Below, in pieces: positions 31,245-41,134 of a stretch of DNA of 64,000 nt. This stretch comes from a virus (taxonomy: Duplodnaviria > Caudoviricetes), in IMG/VR virus record IMGVR_UViG_3300008259_002461, one strand, 5' to 3'. Below the pieces are notes generated by a model. The model ran no database searches, was not told the DNA's origin, and saw only the letters and a program-made list of their open reading frames with translations. Position 1 is the first letter of the stretch. Each line of letters opens with the position of its first letter. A program made the translations under genes and the position numbers.

Positions 31245-32223
31245 ATTAGAAGATATACGAGACATACACTTAGAAATTACCAGCAAGTGCCAGGCTCGTT
31301 GTCCTATGTGTCCTCGAAGGATAAACGGCGGTGTAATTAATCCGTTAATTAAATTAGATGAAATTAATCTAGACAAATTTAAGTCTTGGTTTCCTGACTC
31401 ATTTATTAAACAACTAGATAGTTTGTTTATGTGTGGTAACTTAGGTGATCCTATTATTGCTAAAGACTGTTTAGAAATCTTTGAATATCTTAGAACAGTA
31501 AATCCTTTAATACAATTATCAATGCACACAAACGGTAGTGCAAGAGATAAATCATGGTGGCAAGGTCTAGCCCGTGCAAATGTTCGAACAGTATTTGGTA
31601 TAGACGGGTTAGAAGACACTCATAATTTGTATCGAATTAACACAGACTTTGATAAGATAATTGACAATGCTTATGACTTTATACAAGCTGGTGGATATGC
31701 TGAATGGCATATGTTAGTGTTTGATCATAACGAGCATCAAATAGAAAAATGTAAAAAACTAAGCGAAGAGCTTGGATTTAAAAAATTTCAAATTAAACAT
31801 ACTACTAGATTTGAAAAAGGTAAATTCAATGTACTTGACGATGTAGGTAAAACTACACATATCTTATACCCTACACAAAAAAGCAAAGATATGATGAGTA
31901 AGGTAACTGGTTACATTACAGATGTTAAACCAGAGATAAAATGTAAAGCACAGAAGAACAAAAATTTCTATGTATCCTCGTGTGGTAAAATTACTCCGTG
32001 CTGTTGGTTAGACTTTGATTGGATACTGCCTAATCAAAATCGGCGGATTGATTATATGGATAAAATTGGAGTATTACCAGATCTAAATAGTCATTCCTTG
32101 GGTGAAATTTTTAACAGTGGGTATTTTGATAAAATAGCAGAAACTTGGAATAATGATCCTCTAATAGAATGTAGTAAACAGTGTGGAACGTTTGACAAAT
32201 TAGGAGCGCAGTTTGAAAGTTGA
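31237..32223 (+). CDS. Radical SAM/SPASM enzyme (#6)
   Basis: CQARCPMC, CGNLGDP, HTNGS; C-terminal CKA...PCCW...CSKQC. Confidence 0.9.
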   Translation: MYKLEDIRDIHLEITSKCQARCPMCPRRINGGVINPLIKLDEINLDKFKSWFPDSFIKQLDSLFMCGNLGDPIIAKDCLEIFEYLRTVNPLIQLSMHTNGSARDKSWWQGLARANVRTVFGIDGLEDTHNLYRINTDFDKIIDNAYDFIQAGGYAEWHMLVFDHNEHQIEKCKKLSEELGFKKFQIKHTTRFEKGKFNVLDDVGKTTHILYPTQKSKDMMSKVTGYITDVKPEIKCKAQKNKNFYVSSCGKITPCCWLDFDWILPNQNRRIDYMDKIGVLPDLNSHSLGEIFNSGYFDKIAETWNNDPLIECSKQCGTFDKLGAQFES

Positions 32224-32818
32224 TATACAAGATGTTTTATTTTGGATGGATGCAATTCGTAACAGCGATAATCAACATCGCACACTTGAAAGTTTTTGGA
32301 AAGGACAAATTAACAGTAAAGTTTGGTTAATAGAATCTTTAGAAAAAACGTTCTCATGGCTTCCAGTAACAGCAAATATTGTTATATATGGAGGATGGAA
32401 TGGAGTACTTGCAAGTTTGTTGTTTAATACAGATATAGGTATTAATCATATTACAAGTATTGACATTGACCCTGAATGTGAAAAAATTGCATCTACAGTT
32501 AATAAGAGACAAGAGATAGAAGGTAGATTTAGTGCTATTACAGGTGATATGTGTCATTACACTAATCCCGAAGCTACTATAGTTATTAACACAAGTTGTG
32601 AACATATAACACAACAACAATACGATCAATGGTTTAATTTACTCTCTGACGATGTATTAATTATTGTGCAAGGTAATAATTACAATATACCAGAGCATGT
32701 TAGAATTTCTCAAGATTTAGAAGAATTCAAATCTCAGTGTAATATTAAAAATATTTTATATGCTGGCGAAATTGATCTTCCTCTATATAAAAGATTTATG
32801 ATTATTGGTAAAAAATGA
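32213..32818 (+). CDS. Class I SAM-dependent methyltransferase
   Basis: TTG start with AGGAG SD; IVIYGGWNG (motif I-like), SIDID, GDM, VINTSCEH. Confidence 0.65.
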   Translation: MKVDIQDVLFWMDAIRNSDNQHRTLESFWKGQINSKVWLIESLEKTFSWLPVTANIVIYGGWNGVLASLLFNTDIGINHITSIDIDPECEKIASTVNKRQEIEGRFSAITGDMCHYTNPEATIVINTSCEHITQQQYDQWFNLLSDDVLIIVQGNNYNIPEHVRISQDLEEFKSQCNIKNILYAGEIDLPLYKRFMIIGKK

Positions 32819-34209
32819 ATAAAATTAAACAATGGCAAGATAAAATTGAAGTAGTATCAGGAAGCAAGACTTTTTGCATATTGCCATGGATACATTTTGC
32901 TACACGACCCAACGGTGATATGCGATTGTGCTGTAGTGCTAATGCTAGTGGTGCAGGTGAGAATCATACTGTAGGCCTTGTTAAAAACGAAAAAGGGCAA
33001 CCAGCAAATTTTGGCCGTGAAACTCCTATGAGTGCTTGGAACAATGAGTATATGAAAGATGTACGCTTAACTATGCTTGAAGGGAAGATACCTGCTAGTT
33101 GTAGTAAGTGCATTGCTGAAGAGTCACGTGGGGTTGCCAGTAAACGTATTTGGGAAACAGGTTCTTGGATGGAAGATGGAATTGATGTTGAAGAACTTAT
33201 TAAACAAACCAAAGAAGATGGCACTGTTCCTGAGAAACTTGTTTATTTAGATTTAAGATTAGGACACACTTGTAACTTAAAGTGTGTTATGTGCAGTCCG
33301 CATGACAGCAGTCAATGGGTTGGTGATCACAAGAAAATCTATCCACTATTTCAAGCAAAAGAACTTAAAGAACAAATGCAATGGGATAGAAAAGATTTTA
33401 ATAACTTTTGGCATGAAAATCCAGACTTCTGGAAAGAAATGTATGCACAGATTCCTAATTTAAAACAAGTATACTTTGCTGGCGGAGAACCATTGATGAT
33501 TCGCGAGCATAAGTGGTTCCTTGAAGAAATTATTCGTCAAGGGTATTCAGATAAAATTCTTATACGTTATAATACAAATGGATTATTAGTTGATGACGAA
33601 ATTATTGAGCTTTGGAAAAAATTTAAAAAAGTTAAAGTGGGATTCAGCATCGATGCAGTCGGCGATCGTAATTATTATATACGCTATCCTAGTGACTGGG
33701 ATACTATCGAGCGTAATCTTCACAAGTTAGATAATACACCTGACAACATACAAGTTAGTATTGCTACTGCTATACAAATTCTTAATATTAAACACTTGGC
33801 TGATTTTGCTAAATGGAAAATTAAACAGAATTTTAAGAAAGTTAATCTTGAAAATACTGTAGGCGGTATACAAGCTGGCGGCGGAATTGTTAATATGCAT
33901 CTGTTGTACATACCTACATTTTTAAGTATTAGACTATTGCCCGAAGCAGACAAAGAAGAAGTACGTAAGAGTTTTGCAGATCTTGCTAGTTGGTTATATG
34001 AAAATTACAGACAAGATGAAGACTTCTGGAAAAATAATCCGTACGGTTGGAAACGTTGGCAAGCAGTATTAGATTTTATGAATGCAGAAGATCATACTGA
34101 TCAACTACCTGCTTTTAAAGAATACATTGAAAAATTAGAAGCATTACGTAAGACTAATTTTAAATCTACGTTTCCAGAGCTGGCACATTTGCTACATTGC
34201 CCAGTCTAA
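32815..34209 (+). CDS. Radical SAM enzyme with N-terminal twitch domain (#7)
   Basis: FCILPW...RLCC...CSKC, CNLKCVMC, FAGGEP, YNTNG. Confidence 0.92.
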   Translation: MNKIKQWQDKIEVVSGSKTFCILPWIHFATRPNGDMRLCCSANASGAGENHTVGLVKNEKGQPANFGRETPMSAWNNEYMKDVRLTMLEGKIPASCSKCIAEESRGVASKRIWETGSWMEDGIDVEELIKQTKEDGTVPEKLVYLDLRLGHTCNLKCVMCSPHDSSQWVGDHKKIYPLFQAKELKEQMQWDRKDFNNFWHENPDFWKEMYAQIPNLKQVYFAGGEPLMIREHKWFLEEIIRQGYSDKILIRYNTNGLLVDDEIIELWKKFKKVKVGFSIDAVGDRNYYIRYPSDWDTIERNLHKLDNTPDNIQVSIATAIQILNIKHLADFAKWKIKQNFKKVNLENTVGGIQAGGGIVNMHLLYIPTFLSIRLLPEADKEEVRKSFADLASWLYENYRQDEDFWKNNPYGWKRWQAVLDFMNAEDHTDQLPAFKEYIEKLEALRKTNFKSTFPELAHLLHCPV

Positions 34210-35263
34210 CTTTAGGGTTATTAAAGACTGGATTAGTTAGCACTTCTTTAAATGCTGTATATTCTGGATGTTCTGTTTTCCAGATAGTACGTTGATTGTA
34301 AATGTCCTCACTCCATGTTCCCCAATCAATAACTAACTGAAACTCTACATAATAAAAATTAGGGTAACGTGTAAGTATTAAGTTAGTATAGTCGATCATT
34401 TCTTTATAATTTAAATCTTGTACTACAAATTGTGTTAGTACGTTAATGTTGGGATATTTGCTTATTTCGTTATTGATGTAGTCGCAGTTTATTAGCAACG
34501 TTGGCCAATTTCCTCCCCGCCGCACTACGTTATAAGTTTCCTCGCAAGCCGCATCAAAGCTAATTCGAATACTTCTAATTTTACTGTGCCACTTAGCTAT
34601 TCTACGCCAATATGCTGGTGTAAGCATTACCCCGTTGGTTTGTAGGTCTAATATTAAGTTAGGCCACGGTGTTGGATCAAAATTAACTAGAAACTCACGA
34701 AATATTTTAGAACCAAATGGATCTCCACTGCCGGTCATATCTAATGTAATATGTTTGTTATGTGGTTTGTCAAATACAGTATTGATAATTTTATAATGTA
34801 ATGCCAACTTACGTTCATAGTCCGGCCCTTCATGGTCGTATATTTTTTCAGTACGACAACTTGGACAAGTTAAATTACAACTAGCATCGTTTTCAAACAT
34901 AATGTGTGTTGGAAATCCTGCTGGTGTAGGAGTGCCTTCAATATCAGGCAACCGGTTATCGGATATATCGCCACACACTGTATGATTACAATATCTAAAA
35001 CTTCCGTCTAGTATAGATTCACGAATTATAGTGGCCACTTCGCCGTGCCATATATCTTCAAATGACTGTTCGTTTAAATTGCCAATGCTATAAGGTAACC
35101 AGCTTGTACAGCACATCCAGCAACTGCCATCATCACGCACTGATAATGTTTCAAATGGCTTACTACAAAATTTACCCTGTAAATTCTTTGTTTCGTGATT
35201 AAGGCCGGCAAGGTCACGCCCATTATCTACCTTAATCATTATTATTTTACTAGTTGAGTCCAT
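34166..35263 (-). CDS. Radical SAM enzyme with N-terminal twitch/SPASM domain (#8)
   Basis: FCSKPF...MCC...GNL..QSFEDIW, CNLTCPSC, TGSGDP, QTNG; start may instead be ATG 35239. Confidence 0.88.
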   Translation of the reverse strand: MDSTSKIIMIKVDNGRDLAGLNHETKNLQGKFCSKPFETLSVRDDGSCWMCCTSWLPYSIGNLNEQSFEDIWHGEVATIIRESILDGSFRYCNHTVCGDISDNRLPDIEGTPTPAGFPTHIMFENDASCNLTCPSCRTEKIYDHEGPDYERKLALHYKIINTVFDKPHNKHITLDMTGSGDPFGSKIFREFLVNFDPTPWPNLILDLQTNGVMLTPAYWRRIAKWHSKIRSIRISFDAACEETYNVVRRGGNWPTLLINCDYINNEISKYPNINVLTQFVVQDLNYKEMIDYTNLILTRYPNFYYVEFQLVIDWGTWSEDIYNQRTIWKTEHPEYTAFKEVLTNPVFNNPKVRLGNVANVPALET

Positions 35264-36333
35264 ATTACTTTAAAGTCCTTTTCATCTCTTGCTTTAGGAG
35301 TACACATACCACATCCGCATCGTTGATTTGGACAAATAATTGGTGTTGGATTTTTTAAACGTTCTTTTAAATCTGCAATAAGTTTTTCACCATCTTTAAG
35401 ATTACCAATAGCACCTATCTTCTCACCGTGTAATGCTCGGCAAGTTTGATGATGGAATATATCTCCAAACTCTTGATTAATATGTAAAAAGTACCAGTCA
35501 ACTGTACAACTCCAGCCTTTAAAGTGATTGTCAACTAATTTTATATCTTGCCATTCGTCTTCTACTTTTCCTATTAAACATCTACCGCCACAACATTTAC
35601 GACCAATATTTGTGCCCTCATTACTATTACTAGCTGAACCTTTAAAGTTAGTTTTCTTCCAAAACCATTCTTGTTGTTCTTTATTGTAAACATGACTTGT
35701 ACGTCGATTGTTTCCGTCGGCATCAATGAACCAACCACTGATGGCTCTATTGCCATCTCCAATCGGAACAGGGTTATATTTGATTCCTTTAGAATCTAGA
35801 AAGTCACATACTTGTACAACCTCATCCCAATAATCAACATGAAGCATTACGTTAACTTGTAACCAAAGACTAGTCTGCGCAATTTCAACAATATTTTTTA
35901 AAACACGGTCTTTTAATTTTTTATCTGCTTCTGGGTGATAACTAATTGAAAGACCAAATAATGTATCAAGCACAGTGTCCATACGCTTATAATGCCAAGT
36001 GCCGTTAGTAGTTAAACTTAGTCTCCAGCGATCATCGATAGTTTTAATCTCTTTAATTAATTTCCAAAAGTTAGGATTGTTAGTTGGTTCACCACCAGTG
36101 AAATCAATGCCAGGATCGTACACTGGATTCGCACGATGAGCTGTATAAGTTTCATACCACTCTTTTGCAAAATGAAAAGTCTTTAAAAGTTCATCTAAAC
36201 TAGAATGTTTGCTATAATTAGTATGTCTGGTTGCATCACAATATGTACAGTCGTAGTTACATCTACGTCCAGTATCCCATGTAATCATCATACTAGATTG
36301 AACTTTTTCGTTGATTGCTGTTGTCTTTATCAT
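35242..36333 (-). CDS. Radical SAM enzyme with C-terminal Cys-rich domain (#9)
   Basis: TW...CNYDCTYC, FTGGEP, TTNG; C-terminal CPNQRCGCGMC. Confidence 0.9.
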   Translation of the reverse strand: MIKTTAINEKVQSSMMITWDTGRRCNYDCTYCDATRHTNYSKHSSLDELLKTFHFAKEWYETYTAHRANPVYDPGIDFTGGEPTNNPNFWKLIKEIKTIDDRWRLSLTTNGTWHYKRMDTVLDTLFGLSISYHPEADKKLKDRVLKNIVEIAQTSLWLQVNVMLHVDYWDEVVQVCDFLDSKGIKYNPVPIGDGNRAISGWFIDADGNNRRTSHVYNKEQQEWFWKKTNFKGSASNSNEGTNIGRKCCGGRCLIGKVEDEWQDIKLVDNHFKGWSCTVDWYFLHINQEFGDIFHHQTCRALHGEKIGAIGNLKDGEKLIADLKERLKNPTPIICPNQRCGCGMCTPKARDEKDFKVIWTQLVK

Positions 36334-36357
36334 TACTGACCTTTTTTTAATTGTATA

Positions 36358-37029
36358 TTATTGTATATCGATAGCAGATTTAATGTAATTAAATACTAGT
36401 TCATTTTTTAATTTATTGGATAAATGATTGGGAGCTGTATCATTAAAGATATCATCTAAAGGGTTATCCATCATACACACCGACATTAACGACGGCCTAA
36501 CTTCAACACCATTTTTCCAAGTATAATAATATTCAAGATTACTTGCGTTAAATCCTGCCGTATTCCATTCTTTTGGTTTTCCAAACGACCACAGATGTAC
36601 AATTTTAGTTTTAGTTGGTAGTTTAGGTAACACGTTATTATCAACATGTTCTAATAATGCTACATATTGTAATTCTAAAAATTCCTGATCATTTAAGTAT
36701 GTAAAATAATCTCGAGCTGAATCCCATACCTTAGATCGTTCAGTATTAGTTTGTACCGATGCGTAATTTAAATTTCTAATAGTTCGATGAAATAATCTAC
36801 CTGGATCAGTCCATGCAAAAACACAAATATCAGGAACCTTGTTTTTTTGAATGAATGGTTTTAATTGCAACAAAATAAGATCGCCAATAGAACTACCGCC
36901 AGTTCCCAAATTTACAATTTTAGCATTATAATAATCAGAAAGCATTGAGGTATAAGTTTTGTAGTTAAACGACAATGAATATCGACTAGCACAAAAGCTA
37001 TCACCAAAAAATCCAATAGTACGTTTCAC
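36358..37029 (-). CDS. SGNH/GDSL-like protein (paralogue of 48037)
   Basis: GFFGDSFC, NLGTGGSS, PDICVFAWT, C-terminal PNHL. Confidence 0.6.
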   Translation of the reverse strand: MKRTIGFFGDSFCASRYSLSFNYKTYTSMLSDYYNAKIVNLGTGGSSIGDLILLQLKPFIQKNKVPDICVFAWTDPGRLFHRTIRNLNYASVQTNTERSKVWDSARDYFTYLNDQEFLELQYVALLEHVDNNVLPKLPTKTKIVHLWSFGKPKEWNTAGFNASNLEYYYTWKNGVEVRPSLMSVCMMDNPLDDIFNDTAPNHLSNKLKNELVFNYIKSAIDIQ

Positions 37030-37913
37030 AATTTTTCCTTAGTTAACGGTATGTCTGCCGCGCAGGTACAGAAATTACGGTTGCACGTAACTGGTTCGCT
37101 AGGAACAACAAAGTTATCTTCATAAATATTGCCTAGACTACCACCAACTCTACAAGTTGCCCTGTGTACATCTCCATCCCAATTTATCATCAGGCTTTCT
37201 ATACCTGCGTTGCAAGTCCAACCATTGTATTTGTTTAAATGCAATTTAATTACATCGTTGGCATGTATTAATTGCGTGTCATCTATTATTGTATTTGGCT
37301 GAACTGTTGCATCTTGTTCTTTTAACCAATTTAAGTCATTTGCATTATATCGAAGATCGTCAAATAAATCGTGATCACCCTTAGTCCATCGTATACGTCT
37401 AACAGTACTAGGAATTTCTGCTAGCAAACACTTTGCTCGTAATTGTAATACAGCGTCCATATAATTGTGATGAGCCATAATTTGTGCTATTACATTTATC
37501 TTAGTAATGTCAACAACACTTTCTATAGTGTTAAAAACACGTTTCCAGTCATACTCTAGATGTATGCTGAATACATATTGATCTACTGGAAGACTAGCAT
37601 AGAATTCGTACGGTAATGTGCCGTTAGTTGTTACACTAATCCAACTAATGCCTACATGTTTACAGTATCTTACTAATTCTAGGAACTTAGGATGAACGCA
37701 TGGTTCACCGCCTGTAAAACTTAAACGTATAGATTTGCCTAATGTTACTAATTTATCTACAGTACGTTTAAGTATTTCTATATCAGTATGTGGACTTGAG
37801 TTGTCGTGTATACTACTTGGACAATAACTACAATCATAGTTACAACGTTTGCCGATGTTCCATTCGATCTTAATACTATTCTGGTGCGGCCACCTACTTG
37901 TAACTTTATACAT
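37026..37913 (-). CDS. Radical SAM enzyme with C-terminal Cys-rich domain (#10)
   Basis: EW...CNYDCSYC, FTGGEP, TTNG, CNAG...C...CNRNFCTC. Confidence 0.9.
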   Translation of the reverse strand: MYKVTSRWPHQNSIKIEWNIGKRCNYDCSYCPSSIHDNSSPHTDIEILKRTVDKLVTLGKSIRLSFTGGEPCVHPKFLELVRYCKHVGISWISVTTNGTLPYEFYASLPVDQYVFSIHLEYDWKRVFNTIESVVDITKINVIAQIMAHHNYMDAVLQLRAKCLLAEIPSTVRRIRWTKGDHDLFDDLRYNANDLNWLKEQDATVQPNTIIDDTQLIHANDVIKLHLNKYNGWTCNAGIESLMINWDGDVHRATCRVGGSLGNIYEDNFVVPSEPVTCNRNFCTCAADIPLTKEKL

Positions 37914-39153
37914 ATGGCCTAAACTCTGGAATTACATCAAACAAACTTTGATTGCGTGTGGCATCTAAAGCTAGATTAAACTCTAAAAAGTCTCTCCATA
38001 GATTATGCTGATCTTTTGCTTGAAGATAGTTAATATTATCTTGTATTTGTTGATGTGTAACTGTTCTTAGTAAAGGATTTTTCTTAACTGCTTCCCATTC
38101 ATCTACTTGAGACTTAACTGCTAACAATTTAGTAATAGCTAATGCTTTTAAATCGTTAGGCAATACCTGTGCTGATAAGCAATTAGGGTAGCTTACGCGA
38201 TGACTATAAAATACTATGTCCATTTTGTTAATAAAATAATCAATACATTCTGCGGCTTGTAGTATGTTACCAGCCTGTGCTGTAAATGCACCAACTACAC
38301 GACTTACATTTGGAATCTTTTTTATCTCTTTAATGTTTCTTTCAACGTCATTAAAGTTACCGTTACCACGTATGTAATTGTAAATATCGTGAATGCCGTC
38401 AATGCTGACATTAACGGCAACACTTCTAAAATGTGGCCAATAATCATGTATAGTCCTTCCTTTGCTTATGCCTAATGTTGTGCCATTAGTGGCATATTTA
38501 ATTTCTATATTCTTACCATATGGTTTAAGCATATCAAGTATTTTGTAATGCTGCGGATCCATTAGTGGTTCTCCGCCTGCAAACTCAACTCGTTTAAAAT
38601 GTGGAATTAATTTTTCAAAACTTGTCCACCAATTATCTGTGTCGTCAAATGGTCCAATATATTGACCTGGTGTTTTAACAAGACTTTCTATAGTAGGTAC
38701 AAGATAGTTATTTTCTTTTTTATAAAATGGAACAACCTCATTCCAATCTTTCCAGTTAGTGCTATCTAGCGGATTGCACATACGACATTTTAAATTACAT
38801 AAATTATTAAGTTTAATTTCCATTGTAGGAAATTCAAAAGGCATTATTTCTTGTAGCGGTGTATTAGGATATAAGTTAATACGTGCTTCAGGTATAACAC
38901 CATTAATGTGACGTTGTCGTAAACTTTCTACACCTTGATCTTCTAAATCAAAACAGGGTTTACAAACTTCAGGACGTTCTCCGCACAATACTTGCTTGCG
39001 AACAAGTTGCATATTGTCACTATTCCACACCTCTTCTAAACTTTGATTTTGTATCCAGCCAATAGGTTGGCTCCGGCAGCAAATTTTAATTGCACCATCT
39101 TCGCGTGTTGCTAACCCTGTAAAAGGGTGCATACAAAATGTTTCACTTTTCAT
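37906..39153 (-). CDS. Radical SAM enzyme with N-terminal twitch domain (#11)
   Basis: FCMHPF...ICC...CKPC, CNLKCRMC, FAGGEP, ATNG. Confidence 0.92.
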   Translation of the reverse strand: MKSETFCMHPFTGLATREDGAIKICCRSQPIGWIQNQSLEEVWNSDNMQLVRKQVLCGERPEVCKPCFDLEDQGVESLRQRHINGVIPEARINLYPNTPLQEIMPFEFPTMEIKLNNLCNLKCRMCNPLDSTNWKDWNEVVPFYKKENNYLVPTIESLVKTPGQYIGPFDDTDNWWTSFEKLIPHFKRVEFAGGEPLMDPQHYKILDMLKPYGKNIEIKYATNGTTLGISKGRTIHDYWPHFRSVAVNVSIDGIHDIYNYIRGNGNFNDVERNIKEIKKIPNVSRVVGAFTAQAGNILQAAECIDYFINKMDIVFYSHRVSYPNCLSAQVLPNDLKALAITKLLAVKSQVDEWEAVKKNPLLRTVTHQQIQDNINYLQAKDQHNLWRDFLEFNLALDATRNQSLFDVIPEFRPYV

Positions 39154-39763
39154 TTATAATCTTATAAAGTTTTTCTGCGGCAATACTGTGTGAAATAGGA
39201 CCAGGATGACTGTTATCGCTTGCTAAATCAACAATGTTTAAAATATTACTATACAGAGTATTTTTACCAACAAATTTAGGTATACTTCCAAGATACTGTC
39301 CGGCAACAGAATCTAATATCTTATCCAATATAGAATCTGCATAAGACGGAGCCCAAAAATTACAATGTTTAATGCCTATACTATTCATATATAACTCTGC
39401 GTGATGTATATAAATTCCTGCTCTCACATTATTATCATAATTGCTATGTAGCTCAGTCCATTTTTTAAATAACGTACTATCTCTGCCTGGCGAAATTCTT
39501 ATATCTGGCAATAATTTATTAAACACTATATCTCTATGACAATATGTCCATCCTACAACAACTATATCATCTTCTTTAAATTTAAACGATAATATGTTAT
39601 TAAGTATTTCAAGATTACTACTTCCTGGAATACTTTTATTAACTACAGTCCGTTTAATAAGTTTACCTAAAACTACAGGCCATGCTTGTGATGAATCTGT
39701 TAGTCCGTAACCAGATGTAAACGAACACCCGAATGTTATAAGCCTTGACACTCTAATGCCCAC
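39143..39763 (-). CDS. SGNH/GDSL-like protein
   Basis: TFGCSFTSG, NKSIPGSSN, DNSHPG (DxxH); GTG start. Confidence 0.7.
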   Translation of the reverse strand: MGIRVSRLITFGCSFTSGYGLTDSSQAWPVVLGKLIKRTVVNKSIPGSSNLEILNNILSFKFKEDDIVVVGWTYCHRDIVFNKLLPDIRISPGRDSTLFKKWTELHSNYDNNVRAGIYIHHAELYMNSIGIKHCNFWAPSYADSILDKILDSVAGQYLGSIPKFVGKNTLYSNILNIVDLASDNSHPGPISHSIAAEKLYKIINEK

Positions 39764-40419
39764 TCACGTTCTTTACACCAGAAACAATTACCGCATACAG
39801 GAACATATTGTCCTGGTGTATATGTTGTATAATCTATATCTTCAAATTCGCCCTCACAACTACGAGTTAATTTTAAAAGGTCTTCAATGTTGTTTTTAAA
39901 ATACTGTTTTATTATCCAGTCTTTCATAGTATACACGAAAGGATGATAAATGTCAATACCCATATGTTTCATATGAATGGGTAACACGCCTTCATCTCTT
40001 TCTTTTAAAGCTCCTACTATATCTATATTTGGATTTTTAGTTACAGCAGAAAACCAAGCATCTAATTTATATGTATGAATTATGAATTCGTTATGGGCCC
40101 TAAGTATTATCCTATTACCTGGTTTAGTTTGTCCGTATTCGTCTTTAATATAGGTAGTATTTGGTTCTTCTAATTCTGGCGGAATAAACCCTTCGTGTCT
40201 TACAAATTTATTTTTTGGAAAACGCTTTTCTAACCATTTAAACACTTCCAAACTATTATGTCGTTGCCATGGTCGATTTTTCCAACATCTTACTTGACTA
40301 ACAATATGTATTTCTGCATCTGTTCTAAGACAAATTAGATAAGCAAGAAGTGCGCTATCAGCACCACCACTTAGACTTATTCCAATTTTTTGCCACGCAG
40401 GATTTATATAAAGTTCCAT
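39736..40419 (-). CDS. PP-loop ATP pyrophosphatase, QueC-like
   Basis: ISLSGGADS PP-loop; C-terminal RSC...CGNCFWC Zn-binding motif as in the QueC family. Confidence 0.7.
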   Translation of the reverse strand: MELYINPAWQKIGISLSGGADSALLAYLICLRTDAEIHIVSQVRCWKNRPWQRHNSLEVFKWLEKRFPKNKFVRHEGFIPPELEEPNTTYIKDEYGQTKPGNRIILRAHNEFIIHTYKLDAWFSAVTKNPNIDIVGALKERDEGVLPIHMKHMGIDIYHPFVYTMKDWIIKQYFKNNIEDLLKLTRSCEGEFEDIDYTTYTPGQYVPVCGNCFWCKEREWALECQGL

Positions 40420-40424
40420 GTTAA

Positions 40425-40432
40425 TATTTACC
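40425..40432 (-). promoter_or_regulatory. T4-late-like motif GGTAAATA (minus strand)
   Basis: Ends 5 nt before the ATG at 40419. Confidence 0.5.
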
Positions 40433-40460
40433 AGGATAACTGCGCACTTAATTTAGAAGC

Positions 40461-40468
40461 GGTAAATA
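40461..40468 (+). promoter_or_regulatory. T4-late-like motif GGTAAATA
   Basis: Ends 5 nt before the ATG at 40474. Confidence 0.5.
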
Positions 40469-40473
40469 TTATT

Positions 40474-41133
40474 ATGCTAGTAAAAACGACAATAACAGTA
40501 CCTTCTGATCTACTATTAATTGCAGAAACAAAGTCTTTTGATGTGATGAAAACTACATTAAATGAGCCGACGGGCGATCTATTTTATGATCCTTGGACAT
40601 TAAAACAAGAATTTATTGGATCTGTATGGGAAAAACTAATTGAGCCTCTAGGCCCTAACATAGGTGAGGTTAGAATTATTGTATTAGATTCACCAAGTGC
40701 TTATACACAACATGCTGATATTGACGATAGATATCATTTAAACATTACAGGGGACGGTAGTTACTTGTTGGACCTCAATGATTTAAAAATATATCCTTTA
40801 ATTAATGATGGCATATGGTATATAATGAATGCTGGTAAACTACACACAGCAATCGCTGTTGGAAAGAAATACAGAATTCAATTAGTTGTTAGAAAATTAT
40901 TAACTCATTCTGTATTAGTAGATCCAATTAATGTTAAATTAACACAAATTGATCCAAACTCAAGATATGACTTTGATAATTCTATAAGTAGTTGGTTAAA
41001 TCAAGCAGTTAAAAGAAGTATTTTAGACAACTTTAGAATAGAAGGTAATAGTGCGTTATTTGCAGTTGAACATAAGTGTTTGCATGAGTTACTAACAATA
41101 GTACCATCAACTATAAAGATTTATATGAATTGA
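40474..41133 (+). CDS. Fe(II)/2OG oxygenase-like (AspH/cupin-type) protein
   Basis: Start refined to ATG 40474; HADID...RYH...LHTAI...RIQLV. Confidence 0.6.
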   Translation: MLVKTTITVPSDLLLIAETKSFDVMKTTLNEPTGDLFYDPWTLKQEFIGSVWEKLIEPLGPNIGEVRIIVLDSPSAYTQHADIDDRYHLNITGDGSYLLDLNDLKIYPLINDGIWYIMNAGKLHTAIAVGKKYRIQLVVRKLLTHSVLVDPINVKLTQIDPNSRYDFDNSISSWLNQAVKRSILDNFRIEGNSALFAVEHKCLHELLTIVPSTIKIYMN

Positions 41134-41134
41134 T

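Larger units (their letters stand above)
40422..40471. repeat. 11-bp perfect inverted repeat (TAATATTTACC / GGTAAATATTA) spanning a divergent intergenic region
   Basis: Arms 40422-40432 and 40461-40471, each containing GGTAAATA and pointing outward to a start codon. Confidence 0.85.

Noticed and set aside
36350-36368. Short tandem ATTGTATATT repeat (TACAAT on the minus strand) upstream of gene 36333
   Set aside because: Possible -10 box but no matching -35 at 17 bp; a 10-bp AT-rich repeat is expected by chance.
30258-37913. Viperin-like identity for the W...CNYxCxYC radical SAMs
   Set aside because: The N-x-H and other viperin-specific residues are not evident, and the pattern is shared by many MoaA/NirJ-like enzymes; would need an HMM test.
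39736-40419. Complete 7-deazaguanine DNA-modification cassette
   Set aside because: Only a QueC-like gene is visible; no FolE, QueD or DpdA/TGT recognised in the window.
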